Assembly (NCBI RefSeq): GCF_009914755.1
Contig: NC_060929.1
DNA length: 64,000 nucleotides
Reading direction: 5' to 3' (one strand)
Source of the DNA: the human T2T-CHM13v2.0 reference genome, Homo sapiens
The notes below the pieces were generated by a model that was given only the letters and a program-made list of their open reading frames with translations, had not been told where the DNA came from and searched no databases. The position numbers were made by a program, and so were the translations under genes. Position 1 is the stretch's first letter; every line of letters starts with the position of its first letter. This document shows, one piece after another, positions 40,853 through 55,271 of this stretch.

Positions 40853-42629
40853 TTAATTTGATAATTGACAATGATGTATAGTCTTTTCTATATGGGGCTG
40901 GATTTTTTTCTTCAATTTTCAGAGACTTTATATTGTTGGTATTTTTTAAAAAATGTATTTCATGAGTTAAATTCTTATTTTACTTGGGAGAGAGTCTACC
41001 AAGGTGCTTATATCACCATTCTGAAAGCCTTGTCCTCCCATTCCATGTTCTTTTTAACTGAATTCAGGTTTTCTAATTTAATATGAACCATTAGCCATTG
41101 GAAGAGATCTTACTTATTACATTCTTATTATAAACCAGAAATCTGGCATACTAACTTTTCCAGACCAGCCACTTAACATAAAAACTTTTTCCTCTAATAG
41201 ATAATTTGTTTTTGGGAAGGGGGGCAAATGTAATCCCCAGGATCTTCTTTTGATTTTTTTCCCATACAGCATAAAAGTATACATCAAAGCTGGCAAGGAT
41301 AGTTATGAAATTTCTGAATTATCATTGTTTTACCTTCAGCTTCAAAAAACAAATGTTAGCTTTAGCTATAGTATATACATTGATCAAAGGTATTTTTTAT
41401 AGAAAAGGGTTGAATCAGACTGAAATTTAAACACATTGAAAATTTAGCTTACCGATGACAACTAAATGGCCATAAATGGGTATATCTCTTAAATAAATAT
41501 TTTGTTTGAAATAAAAAGAAACAATAGTTAATGAAAATTATGCTATTCATTCTTTAAAACTCTCAACTTCTCTTAAGAAATCAAATAAACAGATACTGAT
41601 TGGGCATATACTATTCATTCATGAACTCATTAAGTAATTGCTAATTAAAAAGGCCTTTGATTTGCCACATACCAAATACCTAAATGTGAAACAAGGCACA
41701 ATATAATTTATTCCATCAAAGAAGATTAACAACATGTTACCTCAATTCAACCATGAGAATCGGCAAAAGTTCTTGGCAGATATAGTTATTGATTGATAAA
41801 GGCCCCTAAAGAATGGGGTGGAACTTTGGCATGCAAGGAAGACAGGAGGGAGGAGTTCTTCCAGACAATGAAAATACTCTAGCTAAAGTATGGAGGTAGC
41901 CAATTATAAGGCATGGATGAGAAATGGGCAGCTTTCCATGACCTGAGGGCATTTACTTAGAAAACAATGAAACTAGAAAGTTAAGTGACAGGCCTAGAAT
42001 GCCATTTTCAGTAATCTGTCCTTGCACTGTAGGCAATGAGGAGTGACCAAATCATTAAGCAGGCAAGGAGAGTGATCAGAACTTCACTTTAGGCAAAGAT
42101 TTCTACCTATGTCGATAAAGATGATCAGGGCTGACGTAGAAATGGGTCAGGGACAGCAGAGATGATGGCACAGTCTCAGTTCCAGCTAATGAAGGTGGGA
42201 CTGGGAGAGAAAAGAATACATGAAAAAATATCCTGAAAGTAAAAGCAAGAATAAGGGGAAATGGCAATAAGTTTCATTATTGAGCTAATATTAATAAAAT
42301 CAGTAAAGTAAAAAATATATTCTGGGAAAATTAATGGCTTCATGATTAACAATTTGAGTTACTAATATCTAAAAATTGTTGACTGTCTAGAGTAAGTCTT
42401 TGCAAGGTGATTGGAATCTATGGGTATAGACAGTTGAAACCATCAATGTGGATAAAATCAGTTGAGATGAATAATATAAAATGAAGAGATCACACGAGAA
42501 GAAAAACGTTAAAGGTAAGTCCTAAGGGGATATATTCATTTGAAAGAAGGGAAGCAAGTGAAGATAAAGAAAAGGTAAACAGAGTCACCAGTATTACTGA
42601 AAAGCTATTACGTTTTAAGAAAGTCAATA

Positions 42630-43098
42630 GCAGGAGGCAGAATAATAGCCACCCAATGATATCATATTTAGAACCTATCAGTATGTGAGCTTGCACGACA
42701 AAGAGAATTATGGTTGTTAATCAGCTGATCTTGAGATGCAGAGATAATCCTAGATTATCTGGTCCTCTGTCCAATGTAATTACAAGAATCCTTATCAGTA
42801 GAACAAGGAAATAGAGTGTCAGATTGAGAGACAGATTTGAAGATGCTACACTACTGGCTTTAAAGATGGAAGAGGCCACAAGCCAAGGAACGAGGGTAGC
42901 CTCTCGAAACTTGAAAAGGCAAAAAAATGGACTGTACCCTAGACACTTCAAAAGGAATGTAATCCTGCCAACACCTTGATTTGGGCTTGGTTAGACCATT
43001 CTGACTTCTGATCTCTAGAACTGTAAGACAATAAATCTGTTGTTTTAAGCCACAAAGTTTGTGGCAACATGTTATGACAGCAAAAAGAAACTAGTATG
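42630..43098 (+). mobile_element. MLT1D-like MaLR LTR
   Basis: ggcagaataatagcc...aatcagctgatcttgagat...ccaacaccttgattt...ttttaagccacaaagtttgtgg...gaaactagta. Confidence 0.85.
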
Positions 43099-44075
43099 TT
43101 GAGGAAAAACAATTAAGAAGAAACAGAATAAGCAAGAACACCAAATGCAATGAGGGATTCTAGGGAACACAAGCAATTTTACAAAAGGATAAGAAATAAG
43201 TAGAAACTTGAGATAACTGGTATACACTAAGCTTTTGGGAAAATTTACAGTGAAGAAAGGCAGCAAGAAATAGTATAGTGAGAAGTGACTAAAGAGTTGA
43301 AAGAGTGGTTTTATGGTTAATGTGTTTTAGGATGGCTTTGCAGGTAAAGAGGAAGAGTCAGGAAAGAGAAGAGATCCCAACTAGAAAATGAACTAATTAA
43401 TGGCAAGAGTTAAAAGGAGTACAGAAAGGTGATGGAATTAATGTGCAGAGCTGGAACATTTTGCTCTGGAAAAATGTGAAGACACTTCATCAAAGACAGG
43501 GGAAATGGAGAATGAATATGTAGTAATAGAACTGAAGTTGAGTAAGTTCATGTCAGATATCTTTTACTCTTCTCAAGAGAGTAAAACAGAGTACAGATGT
43601 TACAAAACTTTACTGTGTGTAAGAATCACATGGACAGCTTATTAAACATGCAGATTTTGACTTCCAGTCAAAAAGCTTTGGTACTATCCTTTTTTTCCAA
43701 ACACATAGCACTGACAGATGACATATAAAAAGAGAAAAACAAAAAAAGATGCAGCTGGTTTCAAAATAAAAGATAAATATTTCTTTAGACCACAAATAGT
43801 ATTGAAAAACAGTGAGCTAAGCTGAAACTAGTTGGACTCCTTCTCCAGAAGCCGTCAGTGGTGGCCAAGAGACTGAGATTATACCTGATGACAATATGGT
43901 GAGATAAATTCTACAGCAGAAATAGTGAAAGGTAGTGAGAGAATGCAGAAGAGAAAGGGGCCAGGAAAGACTTCCCTGGGAAAGTGACAGTTAAATTGAA
44001 ACAGATAAACAGGCCATGAAAATCAAATGGAATATTCTTCTCCAGGTAGAAGGAAGAGCATTCACAAAGGCCAGG

Positions 44076-44429
44076 TGTATTAGTCCGTTCTCACACTGCT
44101 AATAAAGACATACCTGAGACTGGGTAATTTATAAAGAAAAGAGGTTTAGTGAACTCACAGTTCCACATGGCTGGGGAGGCCTCCCAATTACGGCAGAAGA
44201 CAAAGGAGGAGCAAAGTCACATCTTACATGGTAGCAGGCAAGAGAACATGTGTAAGGGAACTCCCCTTTATCAAACCATCAGATCTCATAAGACTTGACT
44301 ATCAGAAGAACAGCTTGAGAAAACCCACCACCATGATTCAATTACCTCCCACCAGGTCCCTCCCACAATAAATGGGGATTATTGCAACTCAGGGTGAGAT
44401 TTGGGTGGGGACACAGCCAAACCATATCA
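44076..44429 (-). mobile_element. THE1 (THE1C-like) solo LTR
   Basis: tgtattagtccgttctcacactgctaataaagacatacc...gggacacagccaaaccatatca. Confidence 0.92.
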
Positions 44430-47400
44430 CAAAGCAAGAGAGAGCATAATTTATTGAAGGAACTAAATAAATCTACCTGTGTCTGAATCAGAATGTGTGA
44501 AAAGAAGTTAGGCTGGAGAGGTAAACAGAATGATCAGGCAGGAACTTTATCCTGAGAATGGGAGATCCACATAGGAAAGTGACATGACCAAACTTGTGAT
44601 CTAGAAAGGTAGTTGTGCTGCAGTGTGGAGAAAGGATTGCAGTGGAACATGTAGGAGATAGGAGTCCTGAAGGAAAGCTGTTTCAGAAATCTAGAAGAGA
44701 GACGTTAGTGACAAAGGCAGGAAAGTGGATGAATTCAAAATATATTTAGGAAATATATTTAGACTCCACCTAAATGTCTTGATGATAAAATGGGTGATTT
44801 GTACCCAGGTTTATAACTTGGGAAAGAGAATGAATAATTGTGCCAATCACTGTCATGATGAACGTGAGAAATGATGATAAGGTATACGTGGGGTGGGTGT
44901 AGTGGAGCTGAAGACTCGGTCTGTGTATGTTGAGTTTGAGATAATTGTGGGATGTTTAAAGTATACGTGCCTGGCAGGCAGCTCCAGACAAAGGTAGGGA
45001 ACTCAGAAGAGAGAGCTGTATTGTAGTTTTGGGAGCCAACTGCTTATAGATGATTGTTCCGCAGGGATGTTTCAGTAAGATAAAAAATGCAAAAGGTCCA
45101 TCTGGTGACATCGATGAAATTAGTTTCACTTGACTGGTGAGAATAATCCCTAGATTAGAAGGTGTTCGGGAGTTAATCAGAAGAAAGAAAACAGAGAATG
45201 ATTAGGGATAATTCCAAAGTTTGATGTGAACAAGAAGGAAAAGCGAGGGCAGTTACCCAAGGAGAAGATAGAAAGGGAAGGATATTTTTTAGAATGATGG
45301 AAAACAACAAGGGTTATGCAGAGGATGAAAGCCTGTGGTCTGTCACATTATATCATTATTTTTGCATTATTTCAGGATTTTACTATAGTACAATATATAT
45401 TCTTTCTTGTCCCTCTTTTCTATTGTTATTAGTCTAAGGAAATACATTGAAAATAGTCTTTGTTATCATTAATAGGAACTAAGGGAACTTTTTAATTAAG
45501 AGCTTTTTGTTCACTTAGGCTGAATAATTGCATTTTTGAAAGGCTACTACTGCAGCAAAGTAATGAAAGGTTCCCTTTTGGCCTGAAATCAATACTGCAT
45601 CTTTCTAAACACTAATTTGCAGTAACTCAGGCATGAAGTAATAATGGTGGCAAGAGGCAGCTCCATCACAGTGCTTTTTAACATTATAACAGTCTGAAAG
45701 CTATCTCTGTTTCAAAATACATAAAAGTTACTGATAACATAGTCAAACAATATGAGTTTGAATATTTGGTCTGCATTCCAAAGCAAATATTTCTTGGAAG
45801 GCATAGCTGTTTGCCAGCAGTAGTTTTTCTTTCTCTCTTTTCCTTTTCCTTTTTTTTTTTTTCTCTCTCTGTCCCTCTGTCTTTTTCGGGGGGAGGTAAT
45901 TTACTCAAGTGGAAGTATTTTGTCACCTTTTGTTAGTCCAAATTTAAGACACATTAGGACAAACTTAAAACTTAAAACATAGACCTTTAAGACAAGTGAG
46001 ATCAAGTTATTTATGTTTTAAAATACTGAAGACTTAACATAATGACACTAAGCTTTACAGGGGAATATTTTTTAACAATTAAGTGACAAGCTGTGAAAAC
46101 CATGTCCTCCAGAAAATTTCTTTCATCCAATTTCCTCACTTTTCACAATTGCCCTAAACATTTTAAATAAAGGGAATTTAAATTGAAAGACTCCCTTAAT
46201 GTTGGGCAAAATCTAAAATTTCAGCAATGCAAAAGTCAGGAAATTCCAAAGTTAAATTTACTATACTTATTTGAACTTGGCAAAGCTGCAAGAATTTAGA
46301 ATTTGGAATGTAGTATTTAATAGGGAAAATTTAATATTTTCCCATTAAGCATCAGTACATGAAGGTGTGATCATAAAATCCTGAGGATTTTAAAACAAAT
46401 TTTTGCATAATGCAGTAAGAACATTAATTTAAGAAGTATTGATCTTTTATCAGTACTCTGAGGATGCATCTAAAAATCATTTATTTTGTATCTTCTAAAT
46501 AAATGGCACCAAATGAAAAAGAAATCCACCCTACATTCCACTATAGAATTATCATATAAATGAGCATTAGCCTCTGTGTTTTTCACACTTAATATCATAA
46601 AAAGAAAGAAACTCAATGAAAATGGTACCCTCATTCACTGAGACACATATATGTGCAATTTTTATGAAGAATGTTAATCTTCAAATTCATAGAGTTGAAT
46701 TTTCTCATTATTGGTTGATTTTCTTATTCTCTTGACAGTTTACATTCATATGTACCCTATTTAAATTTAAAAAGTAGCTGCATATACATTGAACTACATA
46801 GACCTAGCTGTGTATATGCATAAAGTAGGTCCTGTACGTGTGAAGGTGTGAGTAGGGAGAAGTCACTCCTAATGCTTTGCCTGTAAACCACACACTTTGA
46901 TGTTCTCAGTGGGGTGATGGAATTGCATAAACCCAACAAGCCATTCACTGGCATTCTCTATGCAAAACGACAAATTCAAAATAGCTGAATGGGGAGACTA
47001 CCAATTCTGTGGCTGAACCTCATTAGGACCACACTCTAACTATGCTAATACAGCACAGACACATTCACATTACACATCTGGACAATTCTCAAGTGCGCCC
47101 ACACACTTCAGAGATCTTGACCGAGACTTCGAAAACCTTCATATTTGAAATTCCCTTTTCCTTAAGTTACTCAGAGCACCTGCTGTTTGATGATTTATGC
47201 AAAAGTTAAACTTTTGCCTGTAGACTTAGGACGATAAGTCATGAAGCTGAAAGTGTTTTGAATAGTTTCATGTCAACTGAGAGAATATATGGTAAATGGG
47301 TATTTGAAACTGCTAGAGTGCAAGCAGAAAGCAACTATTTCTCCCACTGCTGTTTTGCATATTCTCTCTTGACCAGTTCTTTCTTGACCCTAGGAAATCT

Positions 47401-47679
47401 CATGCAGTTCACACAGGTTTTCCAATCCCCTTCAGATAAATAAAATGTAACAAATCTAACAGTCTAATCTTTCATTCAGTTAAAGCTTCCCTTCTTCCTA
47501 GGGTGAGCATCCCCCAGGCTCAGAAGCCCTCAGTAATGAAGGGGCATGGTGTCTTCTTTCTTCTATCTTTCCAGTCCTTTCTTTCTAGCTGGCAACTACT
47601 ATGAGCACTTTCAAGGTTGCAGTAAGGACGTGAGAGGACAGGTACTAGGAACGAAGATCTTTCTTGATTATGGAGCTAT

Positions 47680-49650
47680 AATCTCCCTGACTTTTCCTTC
47701 CCAGTCTCCTTTGTTGGTGCTTTCTCATCTCCTGCACCTCTAAATGTTGAAATGTTCTAGGGCTCAGCACTTGGACTTCTCTAGCAAAATGCCTCCCCTG
47801 ACTGACTTTATCCAGTCTCATGGCTTTAAAGACCAACTCTAAGTTGAAGACTTCCAAATTTATATTGCCAACCTTGACCTTGCCCTTGAACTTGACTCAT
47901 ATATGCAATTAGAAATATCTATCTAGCTGTCTAACAGATGTCTCAAATTAACCCTCTAAAACTAAGCTCCTGAGATGGAGGTGGGATCCCTCGTAGGGGC
48001 CTGAGCTTCTGCCCACCCCCCTGCCACTGCCCCACCAAGCATGGAAATAAAAGATAATCTTGAGTTCCTTTGAGAGAAAGTCCAGGCACATAGCTAGTCC
48101 TGAGAAGTAAATGAGCAACTTAATAAGCAAGAAGGTAATAGTAGCTTAAAACAATAACCAAGGAAGTTAGAATAATGAGATTTTTGTTCTCTATAGAAAC
48201 TAAATATAGCACCTTACCATTATATCCCTGAGTTGTTTTTCAGAAACCCTGACCCCCACCAAAAGGATCTGCTGGCACATAGACCTCAGACCAAGGGGAA
48301 CTGAGGACTGAACTCTGACCGCCATTCTTTCTTCTAAAGTTCTTCTTGAGGCACCTGGAGAAAGCCATGCCCACGTGCCAGAGCTAACATTCTTTTCTGC
48401 TGATTTCAATTTTAAATAAAGCTGCTCTTTATTAATCAATTGCAAATTGGAAAATATTTGGCTCTACCTATGGTCTGTAAGCCCCTGGTTCAAGATACCC
48501 AGCCTCTTTCAGTCAAACCAATGTATAAGCTCCATGTATTGACTTAGGACTTTGCCTGTAACTTCTGCTTTCCTGCCTTTAGAAATCCTTACCTATAAGC
48601 CATTGGAGAGTCCGGGTCTGAAGCACGAGCTGCCTGATTTTCCCTGCTGGGCACCCTGCAATAAATGCCTCATTTTCTTTTGCTGCAATCTCGATGCCAG
48701 TGTTTGGCTTACCTGCATTGGGCAGGTGAACCCAAGTTCGGTTCGGTAAACATTCCTGATAACTTTTCTCCTCGCTATGTTCTCCCCACAGATGTTCTCC
48801 ATCTCAGTTAATGGCAATTTCAACCTTCAGTTCTACAAACTTTGAAATTACTCAATTCTTTTCCTTTCCTACCCCACAACTGATCTGTCAACAAATTCTT
48901 CTGGCTCAGCCTTCATAATACATCTGGAATTCAACCACTTCTCATCACTTTTACCACAAAAACCCCTGGTCCAAGCTACCATCAAGTCTCACTTAGATTA
49001 TTGCAGGAGCCTCCCAAGTGGTCTCCATGCTTCCCCACTTGTTCCCTTATTATCTTGTTACTACCCAGCAGCTGGAGTAAACCTTCCAAAATGAAGGTCA
49101 GAATATTATACTTCTTAACTGAAAAGCTCTAACAGCTCCCATCCTTGAGAATTCAAACTAAAGTCCAAAGTATGCACCGTGGCTGGCAAGGCCCCTCCCC
49201 ATTTGGCCCTGGACTACATCTCTAAACCCATCTCTTACTAATTAATCTCCTCCTTAGTGCTCAGCTCCAGTCACACTGGACTCCTAATGTCGTCCCCTAG
49301 ATACCTCAGGGGTGCCTCTACCTCAGGGGCACTGCACTTGCTGGCCCCCATCAGGAATTCAGCCCTGGCTTATCACTTTACTTCCTTCAGATCTTTGCTG
49401 AAATAAGGCCATGTCAGTGACTTTCCCTGGTTGCCTGTTTAAAATTCCACACCACATTAGCATTTTATAGGCTCTCATCCTGTTTTATTTTCTTTCTGAC
49501 ATAGCACAGACTTTAGTTGTTTACTGTCTCTTGCCTCTATAATGTAGACTTTATGAAAGCAAAGATTTTGATCTGTTTTGTTCATTACTCTATTCCCAGG
49601 GTCTAGAACAGTGACGGAACTCCGTAAATATATTTTTGTATGAGTGATTC
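47680..49650 (+). mobile_element. L2a LINE 3' portion interrupted by a MER39 LTR
   Basis: cctctaaatgttg...agggctcag; ggtccaagctaccatca; 3' end ttgttcattactctattcccagggtctagaacagtg. Confidence 0.8.
47971..48752 (+). mobile_element. MER39-like ERV1 solo LTR
   Basis: TG...CA ends; caagcatggaaataaaagataatcttgagttcc...tagctagtcctgagaagtaaatgagcaac; 4-bp TSD ctcc/ttcc; aataaa at 48660. Confidence 0.8.
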
Positions 49651-51375
49651 TGGTATCAGTGTCATCTGGGTGTGGCAGGTCCAAAGCCTAGTGTGTTTTG
49701 AGAATCCTCCTAATCCTAAGGTCTCTCACCTCTCACGGATGATTCTAGGGATAATAACTCCTCTACCTGGCCACTCTCATCGGCCCCAGGTTCCTGACAG
49801 CTTATCCTCATGCTGGGATCAGCCACCCTCCAGGTAGTTGCATGGACAGAGCCCCTCTCAGGACAATTCAACTCATCTGTTTTCTGTGAGGCCCTCACCT
49901 GGCAGATGGGAAACTCACATGTCCTCTGCCTTTCAAACTCTGGAAACGCAGAACAGCCTTTCCAGGTGTGAGTCAGGCTGTACTCCTTACCTTCTCCCTC
50001 TCCCACACTCTAGTTCATGGATGACACTTTTCAAAAAAGATCCCCAATACCGTTCTCTTCAATCTCCTTAAGGATTCTCTTTTTACACAGCTTGGGGGTG
50101 AGCGATGGGCCACTAAAGGCAAAACAGTCTTCCCCTTCCTTTCGTCACTTCTGTTCTCCCTCCTCCCACTCCTACTGCCCACCCACTATACAAATACTGA
50201 AGACAATGGTTTACAGTATAGCAGTATTCCTAAAAAAATCGGAAATGAAATTTTAATTATCTTCTTAAAGAGGAACAGATTTGAGAATATATTTTATTCA
50301 TGAAATCCACACCATTTTTAAATTCCAGGTAGAAATATTAATATGTAATTAACTAGCCATTGCAAATAGTGTTTATATATACTGGCATAAAGGATCTATA
50401 CACAACGTAACATTATACTTTGTGGAAAAAAACATCAAAATAACAATCTTCCACCTTCAAACAAGGAAAATGAAGACATAGAAGAAATATTTTAAAATGT
50501 ATAATCAAATTTTACATTAATGCCAGGATACTATACTTCCTGTTTTGCTTTACTTGTTAATTATGAGAAATATTTCTTCTATCATAGTAAATTAAGAAAA
50601 ACATTCCATGTGGGAGAAAAATTATGATAATTTAATTTGTGAAAGATGATATGCTACGAGTTTATTAAGTTGAATTAATTTCTAAGCCTACAATTAAATT
50701 TTTACAGTATGGTTTCACTAAAGCTAAATGAGAACTTTTTTCTTTTGCAAATTTCAAGTTTTCTGTTACAAAACATCTTCAAGCACTACAAATCTGTTGT
50801 ACTTAGAATTCAACAAAACAAGAAAGCAACCTCTGAGACTTTTTTCACATATCATTTAAAGCACTTTTTTTATTCTTGCATTTCCTTTCCTGTGAGTTAC
50901 CTTCTAATATTTTAGTTATTTTTCTGTTAGGTGTTAGCCATTTTCTTTACCTATTTCTAGGGCTTTGCCTTTAATTTAGTCATTTGCCTTAAATATTACT
51001 TGCAAATATTTTTTCTTTGGCATTTTTCTTTTGACATTCTTTTTGATGTCTTTGCCAGTAGTTTTTTCATTTTTCATTTTTTTTAAACTTTTATGTAGTT
51101 GAATATGTCATTTATTTTCTTTTATAATTTCTGGATTTTGAACATAAAAGAATTCTCTTATGTTGTATTATTGTACATTTATTGTTCTATTTAAAATTTA
51201 AGTCTTTACTTTTTTGTTATATTTGGCTTACTTCCTTATGTTTTACATTCATATTTCAAACATAGCATTATGTTTAAAGCACTTTCTTTCTTGTTCACAT
51301 TCGTGTCTAAAACAGAACCTATTTATGTCTAAGCCTATAGCAGTAGTTGCTTATATGTTTTCTCTTGCAAAATCA

Positions 51376-51802
<427 letters not shown>

Positions 51803-52127
51803 TCATAAACATAGAACAACTGAAATGATTTGGATAATGTTGAGAGAATTTCATGTCTTCTAATTTCAGGAATGCCCAGGTTTTAATAGCAGTCTAGACA
51901 ATAGTAGAGAAGATTAGAAAGAGAAGTAATATAACGAAGAGTAGAAAAAATAGGAGGTGATAGTTGGGAATAAGTAAGGTAGATCTACAAAGAAAAACAG
52001 TAGAGCCAAATTTATTGTTATCTTAGTGGGCCATTCCTTTCCCTTTGGAACTTTCTGGCAAAAATAATAAGATCCTGAGTTCCTGTTTGACAACACTTAC
52101 TTTAAGAATTAAAATCGCTTTCTAATA

Positions 52128-52832
52128 CAGCAGTCTCTCCTTTCTCTGGGAAATATGTTCCATGACCCTCAATGGATGCCTGAAACCATGCATGGTACTG
52201 AACCTGATTGCTGTCAATCAGGAACACGTTTCTGTTCACGTCTTCTACCCACAAATTTCGTGCTTTTTCCATTTTTAACTAAGTGCTTAACATGTACTGT
52301 CGCCATAACTTTTGCAGTTTGAGGTACGACAGCAAAACCAGCACAAATTTCTTCTTCCCTCTTCGCAATTACACAGATAAAAAAATCTATTCTTACTGTA
52401 GAGCTTAGTAACTTTAGCATATGACTTTTTTGCCTTATTAAGTCAAGAGCTTTCATCTTTTCATTTAAAAGGGGGCACTTTACAGTCTCTCTTTGGTATA
52501 TCTGAATCATTACCATCACTACTCTAGCACTTTGGGGCATTATTAAGTAAAATAAGGGTCACTTGAATACATGCGCTAAGATACTGTGACAGTGAATCTG
52601 ATAACTGAGGCAGCTACTGAGTGACTCCTAGGCAAGGAGTGTCTGCAGCATGGATATGCTGGACAGATGGATGAGGCACATCTCCAGCACAAGATGTTAT
52701 TACCTTACTGAGAATGGCACGCATTAAAACATATGGATTATTTCTGGAATTCACCATTAAGATTTTTGGACTGTAGTGGACAGCAGGTACCTGAAACTGT
52801 AGAAAGTGAAACTGCAGATAAGGGGACTACTG
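52128..52832 (-). mobile_element. MER44-family (Tigger7-derived) DNA transposon, second copy
   Basis: cagcagtctctcctt... / ...gataaggggactactg, TA on both sides. ORF 52214..52540 (PLLNEKMKALDLIRQK; EEICAGFAVVPQTAKVMATV) is homologous to the 27 kb copy. Confidence 0.88.
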
Positions 52833-53218
52833 TAATAATAATGATGATAATGATAAATCTTACAATAACATGTCCCAAACTCCAATCATTTAAAACTTCA
52901 CCTCCATACCTATTGAAATACCCTGAATCATTTAAATTACATCTCTCTATTTCTACATGTATACTTATTTTAAAAATTTAATATGAACTTTGGGATAATC
53001 AATAATATTTTCAGGAATAACATTCATAAACACATAGTTTTGATGCACTGGTTGTATTTTTTCTTAAATTTTTTTCTTATAGCTTATTAATATTAAAATA
53101 AAACCTATTTGTCCGTGGGCCACTTAAAATCAACTAGCCAGTCACTAAGAAAATAGTGGTAAAATTAAGTAAAATTGACACCATTTGAAATACAGAGTAA
53201 GAATAGTGAAATCAAGAA

Positions 53219-53421
53219 CAGGAGTTGGCAAACTACAGCCCACAGCCTGTTTTTGTAAGTAAAGTTTTACTGGAACACAGCCTCACTCATTCGTTTTTAC
53301 TGTCTATGGCGGATTTTGCACTACACTGGCAGAGCTGTCTATTTGTGACAAAGACAGTATGACCTGCAAAGCCTACAATATTTACTATCTGGCTCTTCAC
53401 AGAAAAGTTTGCCAAGCCCTG
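53219..53421 (+). mobile_element. MER58A hAT-Charlie MITE
   Basis: caggagttggcaaactacagccc...aaagtttgccaagccctg; 8-bp TSD atcaagaa/atctagaa. Confidence 0.9.
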
Positions 53422-53589
53422 ATCTAGAAGAACTGCATTTAGTGTTCGGATCTAGAAAGACTGCATTTAGTGACTGGCTCGATGACTTTAGGTGGTCTGT
53501 GGACAAATAAATTTTATTTTAATAGTCATAAGTGATAAAAAAAAGTTTTAATAAAACTAGTATTTTATTTTGACCTGCATTTAGGGTGT

Positions 53590-53959
53590 TGTATTAGTCT
53601 GTTTTCACACTGCTATAAAGAGCTCCCTGAGACTGGGTAACTGATAAAGAAAAGAGGTTTAATTTACTTGTAGTTCTGTATGGCTACCGAGACCTCAGGA
53701 AACTTACAATCATGGCAGAAGAAGAGGCACATTTTACACGGCAGCAGGAGAGTAAGCCTGAGACTGAGCAAGAGCAGGGAAAACTGCCTTATAAAATCAC
53801 CAGATCTCATGAGAACTCACTCACTATCATGAGAACAGCAGTGGGGAAACCACCCCCTGATCCAATCACCTCCCACCAAGTCCTTCCTTCAACATGTGGA
53901 GATTATGGGGATTAAAATTCATGATGAGATTTGGGTGGAGACACAGCCAAACCATATCA
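53590..53959 (-). mobile_element. THE1D/MST-like MaLR solo LTR
   Basis: tgtattagtctgttttcacactgctataaag...acacagccaaaccatatca. Confidence 0.9.
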
Positions 53960-55211
53960 GATGCCTTAAAAAAAAGATGTTAGGGGTTTGCTCCAATTTA
54001 AAGAAATGAAACTGGAAATCAGAGCATTTGGGTGAGGTTTACACAACAATGGCAGGTCAGGAACTTATTTGGGAAACCACTTTCTAAAAGAAGGCCTACT
54101 TCCTCTATCAGAGGATTGGAAAATATTGGTCAACATACAAGTTTGAAGTTAGACTGCAGTACTAAAAGATAAATAATTTTTACGATCCTCTCTTTTACAA
54201 ACTTGTTATAACATTCAAATACTTAATATTGATTTTGCAACATAAGAGGTTTTTACTATAATCCTTAAAACAGGTAAGAACAATACAAAAAGCAATTTTC
54301 TTCTATGTAATAAAACATAATAGATTATTATAATGCACTATTACTAATGGGAAAAGCAAAGCTTTGATTTATAGTCACATAGTCCTGGTAGCATTTCTGA
54401 GAATTTGGAAGATGAAACCTATAGCTGAAGAATATGTTTACGCTTCAGATTAGCATCAGCTATATGGCTAGTTAAATCAAGCTATGCAAAATTTAATTTG
54501 ATAGCATACAGCTGTTGGTTAATAATGCCCAAATTTTCCTCTGCCGTTCACCAAAAGGCACAAACCTGCAACCCAACCCTTCATTTGTCCTATGTTAGCT
54601 GCTGCTAGACTGGGACAAAAATATACCTCAGATAGTTTTATAATTAAACTAGAAAATACACAGTAATATGTGAAATATGAAACCACAGCCCTCTAGGAAA
54701 ATCAAAGCTTACATAAAAACATAGCAACTCACTCAGTATCTGTATGACATTAAAAGAAACCTTCTCATACTATAACTAAATTTGTTTATTTATATTGATT
54801 TTGTGTCTTCTAAAATAAGGGCTCTTTAAATAGCTGTCTTCTGGAAGCAGGTAAAACAACTACTGGCACATGGAGAAACAATTTACCTAACCTTGCGACC
54901 AATACAGCAGGTGACTAGAACTAAAATTCTCAGAATCCTTCATATTATCCTTAAAATATAATTATTTGTACTAAAATCCAGTAAAGGCAAAGTATGGATG
55001 AGAAACACTATATTAAAATAAGAAAAGTTTGCATTAAGATAAGGGGATTTAGTCTGGGATTAAGAAAGAAAGACAATTCAAGCATTATCACAGCTTTGTT
55101 TATTTACATCCTGCCATAATATACTCCCAAGGATGCATCTAAAAGAAATGGCAGCCCATAACATTTGTCTCCAGACCTGCATACATTTTTCAATGCCTGG
55201 CAGTGAATAAA

Positions 55212-55216
<5 letters not shown>

Positions 55217-55269
<53 letters not shown>
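55217..55269. repeat. (TA)26 perfect microsatellite
   Basis: Uninterrupted TA run, preceded by gtgtg. Confidence 0.97.

Positions 55270-55271
<2 letters not shown>

Larger units (their letters stand above)
41780..45300 (-). mobile_element. Patchwork of old L2 fragments hosting MLT1 and THE1 insertions
   Basis: Purine-rich reverse L2 motifs (gtaggcaatgaggag, ggagagtgatcaga, tatgttgagtttgag, ggaactcagaagagagagctg); boundaries approximate. Confidence 0.6.

Noticed and set aside
41447-41457. 11-nt identity to the exon 8 donor (CATCG|gtaagc)
   Set aside because: No convincing upstream acceptor or cysteine-coding sequence; most likely chance.
49475-50256. Cluster of 65-96 aa ORFs in a locally GC-richer patch
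   Set aside because: No recognisable protein motif or consistent splice sites; partly L2 tail.
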